Below are positions 1 through 12,140 of a stretch of 64,000 nt of DNA, piece by piece. Numbering within the stretch: position 1 is the first letter of the stretch; each line of letters begins with the position of its first letter. The notes under the pieces are model-generated. The model saw only the letters and a program-made list of their open reading frames with translations. It did not search any database and was not told the origin of the DNA. A program made the translations under genes and the position numbers. Source of the stretch: Torpedo marmorata. Taxonomy: Eukaryota. The DNA is taken from contig OZ360251.1 of assembly GCA_977017645.1 (NCBI GenBank), positions 17,484,001-17,548,000 on the forward strand. The letters are read 5' to 3'.

Positions 1-208
1 AATATTGGGCACAGACTGTAATGGTCTGGGTATTTTTTTTACATACACACTGTTTATAAATATATGATATCTGTATATTTGCTATAGATACTTATGAGGG
101 GTTAACTGTGTTAAGACATTATATTATTAATAGTCATTAATAAATATAGAGTTAAAATTTAACCCTTTTGAATTGCGTCTTCTGTTGCTGCTGGTTTGAG
201 TTGTAACA
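1..208 (+). repeat. 5' LTR (3' portion only; truncated by window start)
   Basis: Ends ...GAGTTGTAACA, aligns by eye to 16786-16983 and is followed directly by a PBS. Confidence 0.9.
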
Positions 209-211
209 AAG

Positions 212-232
212 TGGGGGCTCGTCGTCCGAGAT
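212..232 (+). promoter_or_regulatory. Primer-binding site, tRNA-Pro type
   Basis: TGGGGGCTCGTcgtCCGAGAT versus the canonical tRNA-Pro PBS TGGGGGCTCGTCCGGGAT (3-nt duplication, 1 mismatch), 3 nt after the LTR end. Confidence 0.8.
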
Positions 233-403
233 CTGAACAAATTTGGGAGCTTAGAGGTCGATTGTTAGTGATCAATCGTCTGAGTCTGAATCAAGCTGGA
301 GCTTGGTGATTGATGGAATTCCAGTCTGGTCTTGGAAATTCCTTTGGTAAAGATAATTAAAAGCTAGTGTGTATGTGAAATCAAAAGCAACAAACCAGCA
401 GCC

Positions 404-1698
404 ATGGATATAGAGGGATTTTTGGCATTACCCTTTCTTGAGAATTTGAAAAAGGCTAAAAAGCACGAGTTGGTGACTATTGCCAACAAGTTGGCAATTG
501 CTTCAGTGGAACCACAAATGAAAAAGGTGGAGATTGGGAGGAAAATTGCAAAATACTACATAGAAGAAGGAAAGTTTGACAAAGAAGTGTTAGAGAAGTT
601 TCCCAAGGGTAAAACTTCTGAGAAAATACAGTTGGAATGAAAGAGATTAGATTTTGGAGGCAGCTGAGAAACAGAAGAGATTAGAATTGGAGGCAGCCGA
701 AAGACAAAAGAGATTGGAAATGGAACTGAGGATATTAGAACTAGAGGCAGAGGAGAAAATTAGGCTACATGAGCTGGAAAAGTTTAGAGTGGAAAATGAC
801 AGGAGAAAAGAAGAGACCCGAGATCAAATTCTTGGTCATGGTGAGGGGATTATGGCCAGTAGAGAAGTTAGGTTGGTTCCTCCATTTGAGGAAGCTGAGA
901 TAGATAAATATTTTCAGCATTTTGAAAAAGTGGCTGTGAATTTAAATTGGCCACAAAACCAATGGTCTCTTATGTTACAAAGTGTAATTAAAGGGAAAGC
1001 TCAACAAGCTTATTCTGCCCTTACCACAGAGCAAGCTGCTAATTATGAAATTGTGAAAAAAGCTATACTCCAGGCTTATGAGTTAGTTCCTGAGGCTTAC
1101 AGACAGAAGTTCAGGAATTTTAAAAAATCAACAATCCAATCTTATGCAGGTTTTTGCTTATGAAAAGGTTGTGTGTTTTGACTGGTGGTGCACATCGAAG
1201 ACTGTAAACAATGATTATAATCGATTGAGAGAATTGATAATAATAAAGGAGATTAAAAGATGTGTTCCTGATGATATTAAAGCATACTTGGATGAGAAGG
1301 AGGTGAAAACTAGGCAGGAGTCAGCTAAGTTAGCAGATTGATATGCTTTAACACATAATCCTAAGTGGACGTCAGGCAAAATTTTTCAAAAGTGCACTGT
1401 GGATAATCCAAGTAAGGTGGAGAGTAAATTTGGAAGTAGTATTAGGGGTAAAGATGAAGGGAAGTTGGTAAAGGAAAAACCTTCGGGTCCCCTTTGCCAC
1501 TACTGTAAGAAGGCTGGTCACGTGATAGCAAGTTGTCCTGTGCTGAAAAAGAAGAGAGAAATAGAGGGAGCACCGAATGCTTGTATTCAAAACGAGAAGA
1601 GGTATAAAAACCAAGAAGGATCCAAATTTACTGATAAAATTAGGGATGTATTCAAACCTTTTGTCCTAAGTGTTTGGTTTCAGTTAAAGAAGAGTTAA
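404..1698 (+). pseudogene. gag (coiled coil, SCAN-like capsid, CCHC zinc knuckle), broken by stops and frameshifts
   Basis: ORFs 404-640, 654-1163 (LVPPFEEAEIDKYFQHFEK...YELVPEAYRQKFR), 1144-1341 and 1399-1698 (CHYCKKAGHVIASC). Confidence 0.88.
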
Positions 1699-1699
1699 A

Positions 1700-1781
1700 A
1701 CAAGTGCCAGTGAAAATCTTGCAAGATACTGGGGCTGCTCGGTCACTTGTGTTAGACAGTGTTTAACGGTGAAGAAACCGA
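1700..1781 (+). pseudogene. Aspartic protease, N-terminal half (continues at 12141)
   Basis: PVKILQDTGAARSLV motif; the reading resumes as ...DTGEINLIRGIG after the solo LTR. Confidence 0.8.
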
Positions 1782-3294
1782 TGTTATGGACCATGACTGA
1801 CCATTTGGACTGCGGACGGTCAGCAGGAAGGATGAAGTCTTTTGAGTACACACTGGGACCAGGTACTGAAAGAGTTAACTTGCCTAGGGCTGGCTGTGAT
1901 CAGAGAGAGACACACATAGAGAGAGAGAGAGAGACAGGCTGTGGAAAGATATTTTGTTGCACTTTTGCAAAAGCAGGTGCAAAACTCTGCAAAAAGCATT
2001 CAGATTGGAGTTGCAAAAGGCTGGAGCAACCACACCAAAAACAGGCTTGTGCATTCCAGTGGAAAGACTGGGGAAAATAGCACATGGCCTCTTGTATCAG
2101 CAAAATCCTGATATAAAGCAACTTTCGTGGAGAACAGGCGTGAGATCAACGAGACAGGCTGTGAGATCCAAGTACTCAGTGGTATACTGATTTGGAACAG
2201 CAACCCTCGTGCACCTACCAAAAGGGAAAGTCATCGGTAGGAAAGCGGACCAAGCATTCGTAAGCTTAAACAGTCATTGTCTCTCTCTCCAATGTTCATT
2301 AAGAAGTCCTTCGTGCCAGCGCACAGAGCTGAATTTGGACCCTGAACATAGAGAGTGGTTTTTGTGGACTGTATTTTTGGGACTGACTTATTTTTATGAC
2401 TGACCTGGGGTTTTGGGGAAGGTTTTCTATTTTCTTTTCTTGAGATTTGGGCACAGACTGTAATGGTCTAGGCTTTACACACACACACACTTTAGATAAG
2501 AATAGTGATTATAGACGTTTATAGTGGGGTTAATTGTTAAGAATTATATATTTAATTGTTTTTAATAAATATAAATTTCAATTTTGTTATAAAATTTTTA
2601 TTTATTCCATTAATTACATTGTACATGTTGACTATTACTATATAACCCCTCTCCCCCCACCCACCCAAAAAGAAAAGAAGAAAAAATAGAAAAGATTGGA
2701 AAATAAAACAAGAAAACAAAGCAAGAAAGAGAAAGAGTTTTGTCAGGAGTCCACAGGCTTTATTTTACTTGGCTTTTCCGGGATCTAAGAAAGAAGGGTA
2801 TGGATGAGGGGTTCAGAGGCGGGTGGGGGGAAGGGGTGGGGGGTACAATTAAAGCATTGCACCTGTATATTGCAAGTATGGTTGGCAAATTTTCAAAAAT
2901 GATTCATATTTATTCCTTAAATTATGTTATTTTCTCAAGGGGAATACAGCTATGCATTTCTGTGTTCCAACGTGTCATTCCTAGATGGGAATCAGACTTC
3001 CAAGTAACCGCTATACATTTCCTGGCCACCGCCAATGCGATCTTAACAAATTCTGTTTGAGATTTAGACAGCCTCATTGTAGGTCTTACGTCTGTAATAT
3101 TTCCCAGTAAAAACAGTTCTGGGTTTTGTGGAAATTGAATTCCTGTAATTTGCTGTAAAAAAGTTCCTACGGTAATTCTACCCAGAAAGGTCTTACTTTA
3201 GGACATGACCAGGTTGAATGTAGAAAGGTTCCTATATCCGAGCCACATCTAAAACACTGATCTGATATTTCTGATTTTAACTTATTTAATTTTT

Positions 3295-3921
3295 TATTTA
3301 TTTATTATTTTATTTAAATTTTTAAATCACATAATACATAATTCAAAATATATAGTTTCCAAAATACAGTGATATAAATTTCCTCCCCCCACACCCTCCC
3401 ACCCCTCCCCAACCCCCCCAACCCCACTATTCTAAAAATAGTTAAAAAAAAGAAAAAAAGAAAAAAGAAGAAAGAAAAGTAGATTAATAGTGAGGAGAGA
3501 ACCATCTAAAAAACTTGTTTTATCCTGGAGGTTAAACTCGCCAATAGACCTGATTTCTAGAGATTTCAAATCCTTAAACCCATAACTCTCATATATGGGC
3601 TCCAAATTTTTAAAAAAGAATGATATTTATTACGTAAATTATAAGTAATTTTTTCCAAAGGAATACATGAACGAAGTTCTGCATGCCATCTGTCTAAGTT
3701 TAAATCTAAATCTGATTTCCAAGTAATAGCAATACATTTTTTTGAAACAGCTAAAGCAATACGCAAAAATTCTACCTGATACATATTCAATCTATTCCTA
3801 ATACTAAATTTTCTAATATCTCCAAATAGAAATATCATAGGATCCATTGGAAATATAACATTAAAAACTCTCTCTAAAAAATTCTTAACTTTAAGCCAAA
3901 AATCTTGAATCTTTGGACATA
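3295..3921 (-). mobile_element. 5'-truncated L1 (L1-B)
   Basis: ORF2 C-terminus (3566-3847) plus 3' UTR; 16-bp TSD AACTTATTTAATTTTT at 3279-3294 and 3922-3937. Confidence 0.9.
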
Positions 3922-4260
3922 AACTTATTTAATTTTTGTGGTGTAAGATATAACTGATGCAAAAAGTTATATTGCACCAGTCTATATCTAATATTTATTG
4001 TGTTTGTCATGCTGTCTCGACAAAATTCGGACCATCTTTGTTCACCAATTATTATATTCAAGTCTGATTCCCATCTCTGTTTAGACTTATACAACCCTTG
4101 TTTAGGAGTTTCCGCTTGAAGTAGGAAATACATTGCTGAGATAAATTTCTTTATATTCCCATTTCGAATCAGAGTCTCCATATCACTGCACTTCAGTAAG
4201 GCCATTAATGGACCTAATTTATCCCTTAAATAGGATCTTAATTGAAGATAGCAGAAGAAA

Positions 4261-5191
4261 TAAATTTATATCACAAATGTATAAATTACTTCAGAGAAAA
4301 ATGCCTAAGGTAGGATTTCATAAATCAAGATTAAGATGGGAATCAGATTTAAATATTAGTATAGATGAAAAACATTGGAAAGATTTATGTAAATTGAGTA
4401 TGACTAAAATTATTAATGTTAGGTATAGATTAGTACAATATAATTTTTTTCATCAATTATATTTAACACCTAAAAAATTAAAGAAATTTAATCCGGCATT
4501 ATCAGATATGTGTTTTAGATGTAAGGATGAAATTGGTTCGTTTGTTCATTCAACATGGTTATGTTCTAAAATTAAGGATTTTTGGTCTAAGGTTAAAGAT
4601 TTTTTGGATAGAATTTTTAATATTACGGTTCCAATGGATCCTATGTTATTTTTATTTGGAGATATTAAAAAATTTAGTATTAGAAATAGATTAAATATGT
4701 ATCAAATAGAATTTTTGCGAATTGTTTTAGCGGTTTCAAAAAAATGTATTGCTATTACTTGGAAATCAGATTTAGATTTGAATTTAGATAGATTGCATGC
4801 AGAATTACGTTCATGTATACCATTGGAAAAGATTACATATAATTTACGTAATAAATATCATTTCTTTTTGAAAATTTGGAGCCCATATATGAGAATTATG
4901 GGTATGAATTAATTCTCTAGAAGTCGGCTCCGCTGGCGAAATTAACCTCCAATATATAAATAGAATTAGCTTGTAATTTGTTTTCTCCTCACTTTAATTC
5001 TTCAATTCTTTATTATTCAACATTTTTCTTTTTTTTTATATAACCTTTTTTTTTTCTTTTTCTTTTTTTTTAGAGTAGTGGAGGGGGGTTGGGGAGGGGA
5101 GGGTGGGAGGAAATATATCACATGTACTTGGAATGATATATTATTTTTGATCTATGTATTTTGTGATTTTAAAAATTTAAATAAAATTAAA
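4261..5191 (+). mobile_element. 5'-truncated L1 (L1-C)
   Basis: ORF2 C-terminus (CFRC...HSTWLC); 17-bp TSD GAAGATAGCAGAAGAAA at 4244-4260 and 5192-5208. Confidence 0.92.
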
Positions 5192-5824
5192 GAAGATAGC
5201 AGAAGAAAGAATTGTTTGATAGATCATATTTAATTTTTAACTGGTCAAATGACATAAACTGACCCTTCTCATAACAATCTTTGATACACCTGATCCCTTT
5301 CTGATACCAGGTGTCCAAAATCTTGTTATCCATCATTGATTGTATTAACCTATTTTGAGCCAGGGGTGTTTTTGATGATAGCCCCACCTTAAATCCAATC
5401 TGTTGGTTTATTTTATACCAGATTGTAATTAAATGTTTTAATAGTGGGGTATCTTTCGCTCCAGATATCAGTTTAGTATTCCATTTATATATAAAGTCTC
5501 CTACCTTATACAGATCAATTTTTGCCCAGGAAGGTTTTTCTCCTCCCTCAAAGAGGGAGGTGATAAACCTCAACTGAGCTGCCCAATAATATTTTTTTTA
5601 ACTCTGGGAGTCGTAATCCTCCCAGGGTATAATCCCATGTTAATTTTTCAATGAGACTCTGGCCATCTTACCTTTCCAAAGAAATTTTTTTACACATTTG
5701 TTTAAATCTTGAAAAAACCTCTGGGGCAATAATATAGGTAAAGCCTGAAAAAGGTATTGAAGTCTTGGCATCACATTCATTTTTATACAATTAACTCAGC
5801 CAACTAACTTTATTGGCAGAGTCA

Positions 5825-7912
5825 AGTCAAGTCAAGTCAGGTCAAGTCACCTTTATTTGTCGTTCATTACCATATACACAGTAAGACGAGATAACGTTTC
5901 TCCAGGACCATGGGCAAATGTACATAAATATCATAATACAATAAAAAAAAACTATAACATGCTAATACACATATATATCTAGGAATTGAGGAGCCTGATG
6001 GCTTGGGGGAAAAAACTGTTGCACAGTCTGGACATACGAGCCCGAGTGCTTCGGTACCTCCTTCCGATGGCAAAGGGGAAAACAGTTTACCAAAGGGGTG
6101 TGAGAAGTCCTTCACAATGTTTTTAGCCTTCCTCATGCATCGTGTGTTGTAGATGTCTGTCATGGTGGGGAGAGAGACTCCAATAATTTTCTCCGCTGAC
6201 CTCACTATCCTCTGCAGGGTCTTTCGGTCCAAAATGGTACAGTTACCAAACCAAGCGGTGATGCAATTGCTCAGAATACTCTCAATACATCCCCTGTAGA
6301 ATGTAGTAAGGATAGGGGGTGGAAGATTAACTTTCTTCAGCCTTCGCAGGAAGTAAAGACGCTGCTGGGCTTTCTTGACTATGGAACTGGTGTTGAGGGA
6401 TCAGCTGAGACTCTCCGCCAAGTGCACTCCAAGAAACTTGGTACTCTTTACGACCTCAACGGTAGAGCCGTCCATGGTCAAAGGAGAATGATCCCCCCGG
6501 GCCCTTCTGAAGTCGACAACCAACTCTTTTGTTTTGTTTACATTCAGCTGCAGGTTGTTGGTTCCGCACCATTCCATTAGCGACTGCACCTCATCTCTGT
6601 ATGCTGACTCATCATTCTTACTGATAAGGCCCACCACGGTTGTATCATCAGCGAACTTTATGATGTGATTCGAGCTGTGTTTTGCGGCACAGTCATGAGT
6701 CAGCAGGGTGAACAGCAATGGACTAAGCACACAGCCCTGGGGAGCCCCCGTGCTCAATGTAATGACCTTAGAAGTGCTGTTTCCAATCCGGACTGCATGA
6801 GGTCTTCCCGTCAGGAAGTCTAGGATCCAATTACAGAGGGTATAGTTTAGGCCCAGCCCCCTCAACTTCCCTATCAGGTACTGAGGTATGATCGTGTTGA
6901 ATGCCGCGCTGAAGTCAATAAACAGCATTCGAACATACGCGTCCTTATTTTCCAGGTGGGTGAGGGCTAGGTGGAGGGTGGTAATGATGGCATCATCTGT
7001 GGAGCGGTTTGATCTATATGCGAACTGCAGGGGGTCCAGTGAGGGGGGCAGCAGAAGTTTGATGTGCCTCATGATGAGCCTCTCGAAGAACTTCATGACG
7101 GTAGATGTGAGTGCGACAGGGCGATAGTCATTGAGGCAGGACACCGTCGACTTCTTTGGCACAGGGATGATGGTAGCGGCTTTGAAGCACGTTGGAACCA
7201 CGGCACTGCTCAGGGAAATGTTAAAGATGTCGGTGAGAACATCAGCCAGCTGGGCCGCACATCCCCTGAGCACTCTGCCGGGAATGTTATCTAGCCCAGC
7301 AGCTTTCTGTGGGTTAACCTTGCTTAACACTCTCCTCACGTCGGCCACTGTGAAACACAGCACCTGATCATTTGGAGGAGGGGTTGTCTTCTTTGCCACT
7401 ACATCATTTTTCGCCTCAAAACGCGCGTAGAAGTTGTTCAGTGCATCTGGGAGGGAGGCATCACCAGCACAGTCAGATGGTGTAGTCTTGTGGTTAGTGA
7501 TATCTTGAATGCCCTTCCACATGCGTCACGTGTCATTGCTGTCCTGAAAGTGACTCTGAATTCGCTAGGCGTGTGCACGCTTTGCCTCCCTGATGGCCTT
7601 AGACAGCTTGGCTCTTGCGATAGCTAGGGTTACCTTGTCGCACTGAAGGCAGAGTTTCGGCTCCTCAGCAGCACACGCACCTCCTCAGTCATCCATTGCT
7701 TCTGATTAGAGCGAGTAATGATGGTCTTGGGCACAGTGACTTCGTCAGTACACTTACTAATGTAACTAGTCACCGATGCCGTATACTCCTCCAGATTGAT
7801 GCAGTCGCCATCGGTTGCTGCTTCCCTGAACATGTGCCAATCAGTACACTCAAAGCAGTCCTGAAGTGCATGGATGGCACCTGCTGGCCAGGTTTCAACC
7901 TGCTTCCGAACT
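5825..7912 (-). mobile_element. 5'-truncated Rex1/Babar LINE
   Basis: RT ORF 6401-7522 ([28 protein letters not shown]); (TTGAC)n 3' tail at 5821-5849. Confidence 0.9.
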
Positions 7913-10900
7913 GTCATCCACCTGTTAGGTCTTCTTCAATTTTCTTGAGCAAGGGGAGATAGTTTAGTTTATATCAATTTTGTAAATTGTTATCTATTCT
8001 AATCCCTAAATATTTTATTCCATTTTGCGGCCATTTAAATTGAGTGTCTCCTTGACATTAAGCATAATCCCCTCCCACTAGCGGCATAATTACACTCTTT
8101 TCCCAATTTATCTTGTAACCCGAAATGTTCCCATAATGTTTGAGTTTAGAGCACAATGTTTGCAATGAATTCACTGGTTCTGTCAGATATATCAACACAT
8201 CATCTGCAAAGAAATTAATTTTATGTTCTTCCTGGTTCACCCTGAATCCCTTAATGTCTGGGTCTTGGCGGATAGCTTCTGCCAATGGTTCTATCGCCAG
8301 AGTAAAGAGGGCCGGAGATAATGGACATCCCTGTCTACTAGATCTAGTTAATGGAAATATTGAAGAAATTTGTCCGTTGGTTACCACCCTAGCTTGGAGC
8401 TCATAATATAGTGCCCTGATCCAATTTATAAAGATTTGTCCTAATCCAAATTTTTCCAGTACCTTAAACAAAAAATCCCATTCTAGTCGATCAAAAGCCT
8501 TTTCAGCATCCAGAGCCACAGCAAGGCTTGGGTCACCTCTTGGTTGTGCCAGATGTATTATACTAAGAAATCTGCTTACGTTATCTGCAGACTGTCTCTT
8601 TTGCACAAAGCCTGTCTGATCCATATTTATTAATTTTGGCAAAAACTTTGCCAATCTATTTGCCAAGGCTTTGGCAATTATCTTATAGTCCGCATTCAAT
8701 AATGAAATAGGTCTATAAGATGACAGTTTCAATGGATCCCTGTCTTTTTTAGGTATCACCGTAATTATTGCTACTGAGAAAGATTTTGGGAGGGTATGGG
8801 TTTCGACCGCCTGTCCTACCACCTCCATAAAGATGGGTAACAAAAGATCCTTGAACTCTGTAAAATTCAGGAGGAAACCCATCCTCCCCCGGAGATTTAT
8901 TAATTTGAAGTGAATTTAATGCTTCCCTCATTTCTTCTTCAGTAAAGGGAGCATCGAGTCCTCTCTGTTCCTCAAGATCCAAATTTGGAAGCTCCAATTC
9001 TGACAGAAATTATTTTATTTTATTAATATCCCCTTGTGACTCTGATTTGTATAATTTGGCATAAAATTTCTTAAAAGTCTCATTTATATCTTGCGGTTTA
9101 TATGAAATCTCGCCTATTTCCATTGTAACCGCGTTAATCGTTTTCGAAACCTGTTCTGCTTTCAACTGCCAGGAGAGGACCTTATGGGCTCTTTCCCCCA
9201 GCTCATAGTACTTTTGTTTGGCTCTCATTATTGTTTTTTTTCCATTCTATATGTTTGTAAGGTGTTGCACTTGAGCTTTTTATTAACAAGTATCTTTTAT
9301 TTATCCTTCGAGCCCATTTTTTAAAGATCCTTTTCCAATAAATTAATTTCCTGCTCCAATTCCTCCACCTCCCTCATGTAATCTTTCTTAATTTTTGATG
9401 TGTATCCAATTATCTGTCCTCTTAAATACGCTTTTAAAGTATCCCATATAAGAAATTTATCAGTAGTGGAATTATAGTTGATTTCACAGAACATTGCAAT
9501 TTCTTCTCTAATAAAATTACAAAACTCCGGTTTTTTCAATAACAATGTATTAAAGCGCCATCTATACACCGTCTTTTGCTTATTTGGCATTATAATTGTT
9601 AATATCAAGGGTGAATGATCCGACAAAAGTCTTACTGTGTAATCAACTCCCATGATCCTATAATTGAGCTGATATCAAAAACAAATCTATTCTCGAGTAA
9701 GAATCATGTTGTTTTGAATAAAAAGAATAATCTCTTTCCCTAGGATGCTGTCTTCTCCAGGCGGCCATGAAATTCAGCTCCCTCATTAATACCAAGGTAG
9801 CCTTAGCTGCCTTTGTCTTTATTACTTTTTTTTACTGACTTATCTTGGACCGGATCTAAACACCACCAATTAGAATATCTTCATGTGCATCTGCCAATTT
9901 CAAAAATGTATTATGTATAAATTCTTCATCATCAGTATATGGCGCGTACACATTCATGAGGGTCCAAGATTCCGAATATATCTGACAGTGTACCATTATA
10001 TACCTACTTGAAGTATCTATCACTACCTCTTGCACTCTAACTGGAACATTTTTTCCTATCAAAATTGCTACTCCTCTTGTTTTTGAATTAAATGAAGAGG
10101 CCATGACCTGGCGAACCCATCCCCTCTTTAATTTATCATGTTATTTTTCTGTTAAGTGTGTTTCTTGAAGGAAGGCCAGGTCAACCCCCAGTTTTTTTAT
10201 GTGAGCCAATACTCTTTTTCTTTTTACCAGGCTATTTAAACCATTAACATTAAAATGAACATATTTTAAAGTATTAGCCATTATTCCAGAGGTCATCACC
10301 ATATATATTACACCCCCCCCACCCTCCCCGCCTCCACCCCCCACAAAGATCCATCTTTACCTGCCAATGGAAACTGGCTGGCTAACTCCAGACGAAACAA
10401 GAAAAGAATTAAGAAAGAATTGAAAATATTAAGAATAATAGTACCCCCCTTAATATATAACCAGTGTCAATATAACAAAAATTGACACCACCCCCCTCCG
10501 TCCACCGGGTTGTTCTTGGTGAAACTATCTAAATGTGTCACAGTGAATCCCAAACCCTCCCATAATATTTCCCGATATCATTAACTCATATATAATTTTT
10601 TTTCCCTTATCATATAGATACATTAACAATTTAACAAAAAAAGTTTAATCATTGGACAATATGAACCACGTTATCTTGTAAATACTTACATAGATGATTT
10701 AACAGAAGAAAAAGAGAGATTATTTACAGTTTACTCATCATATTAAATGTTAAACATTTCCCTCTGTAATCTCCGGTAATTTATTGACACATTCTGTTGC
10801 CTAAGTAATATCTGATATAAATTTCTTTTCTCCCCCTAGCAGAATCACTTTTAAAGTTGCTGGGTAACGTAAAACAAAATTATATCCTTTTCGTCTCAAT

Positions 10901-12140
10901 ATGCCCTTTAGTGGGTCAAATTCGCACCTGCGTTTAAGCAAAGCAGCGCTTATATCAGGATAAAAAAGTATTTTTATCCCCATCCACTTCTAACGGACCT
11001 CCTCTTGCCTTGACACCCTTAGCTGACTCTCTTAATATTCTTTCCCTGTCCTGATATCGCAAAAGCTTAACCAGGACAGTGCGGGGCCTTGGGTCGGTCC
11101 AGGGCGGGGCATAAGAGATCTATAGGCTCTTTCTATTTCTACTAGACTTCCAATTTCTTCTATACCCAGAGCTTTTGGAATCCATTCCTGTAAAAATGAT
11201 ATGGGGTCTTGTCCTTCTATTCCCTCTTTCAATCCCACTATTTTAATATTATTCCTCCTTCTGAAATTTTCCAGTGTATCTAATTTTTCCCATATTTTTT
11301 TGTTTGTCATGAGTCCAGACGTCCATTTCATATTCCACATTATCCATTTTGTCCATTACAACTTTCAGCTTTTCTTCTGTCACATTAACTCTTTCATATA
11401 GGCTGCCAATTAATCCTTTAAGTGCATCCATATTTTTCAAGACTTCATTAAAGTTTTTACTCATTTCTTTATTCATTTTTTTGTCTTTCTTCTCAATAGC
11501 TTTCATAATATCATCAATTGTATACTTTGATGTTTTTTCTTCTTTACCTTTCAGCACCTTCTTTACTCTTCTTATTTTCGTAGTTTCTTCTTGTTCCACG
11601 TCCTCTTCAACACTTGTGCCTTCTTCTAGATTTTCTTCCAGGCTCTCGCTTGCACTCTCTGCTTCCGACTCTTCGGAGCCGGAGGCTGCCGTCGCCGCTT
11701 GCCGCTTACCCCTAGAGGGACTCGCCGTATTTCCGTGTTGGGCCAAGTCACAAACGTACTTGCCCTCATGGATACATAGACCAAGAAGTTAATCCACGGT
11801 GCGGTCTCCCTGTCTTCCCGATGGCGACCCACTCCCAGTAGCTTCTTCAGGCGAGCCACTTATGCGTGGGGCAGGGCGAATCACCGTCCACGGTTTCTTT
11901 GAGGTAGGCCTCTTCCACGACCACTGTCTACCGCCGGACGGACTTTTAAAGTTGACATTGCAGGTAGTTTTCTTCTTGGCATATTTTTAAAAGTTGTTTG
12001 TCCAAGTTTGTCCAGGTTTTTTGATAATTTAATCTCTTTTTCTCTCCTTTTATTTAATCCTGGGAGCTCTGGGTTTCAACCTCCTACCTCCTCACTGCAT
12101 TGAGTCTTCTGTCGTTGCTGGTTTGAATTTGTAACACTGA

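Larger units (their letters stand above)
2586..12099 (-). mobile_element. Full-length L1 LINE (L1-A), decayed, host of three younger insertions
   Basis: ORF1 fragments 10801-11746 (RRRNNIKIVGLKEG, FYPDISAALLKRR). ORF2 APE endonuclease (FNVNGLN, FLQETHL, LSDHSPL) and RT (SRQGCPLSP, FADD). A-rich 3' end at ~2586-2606. Confidence 0.92.
1782..12136 (+). mobile_element. Solo LTR A (1782-2585 plus ~12096-12136), interrupted by an L1
   Basis: TGTTATGGACCATG...TTTGTAACA termini; 4-bp TSD CCGA/CTGA; colinear with solo LTR B at 15414-16309. Confidence 0.88.

Noticed and set aside
4208-4912. 234-aa ORF (also 34753-35388 and 37760-38302) as host genes
   Set aside because: These are L1 ORF2 C-termini with chance N-terminal extensions from flanking DNA across the TSD.
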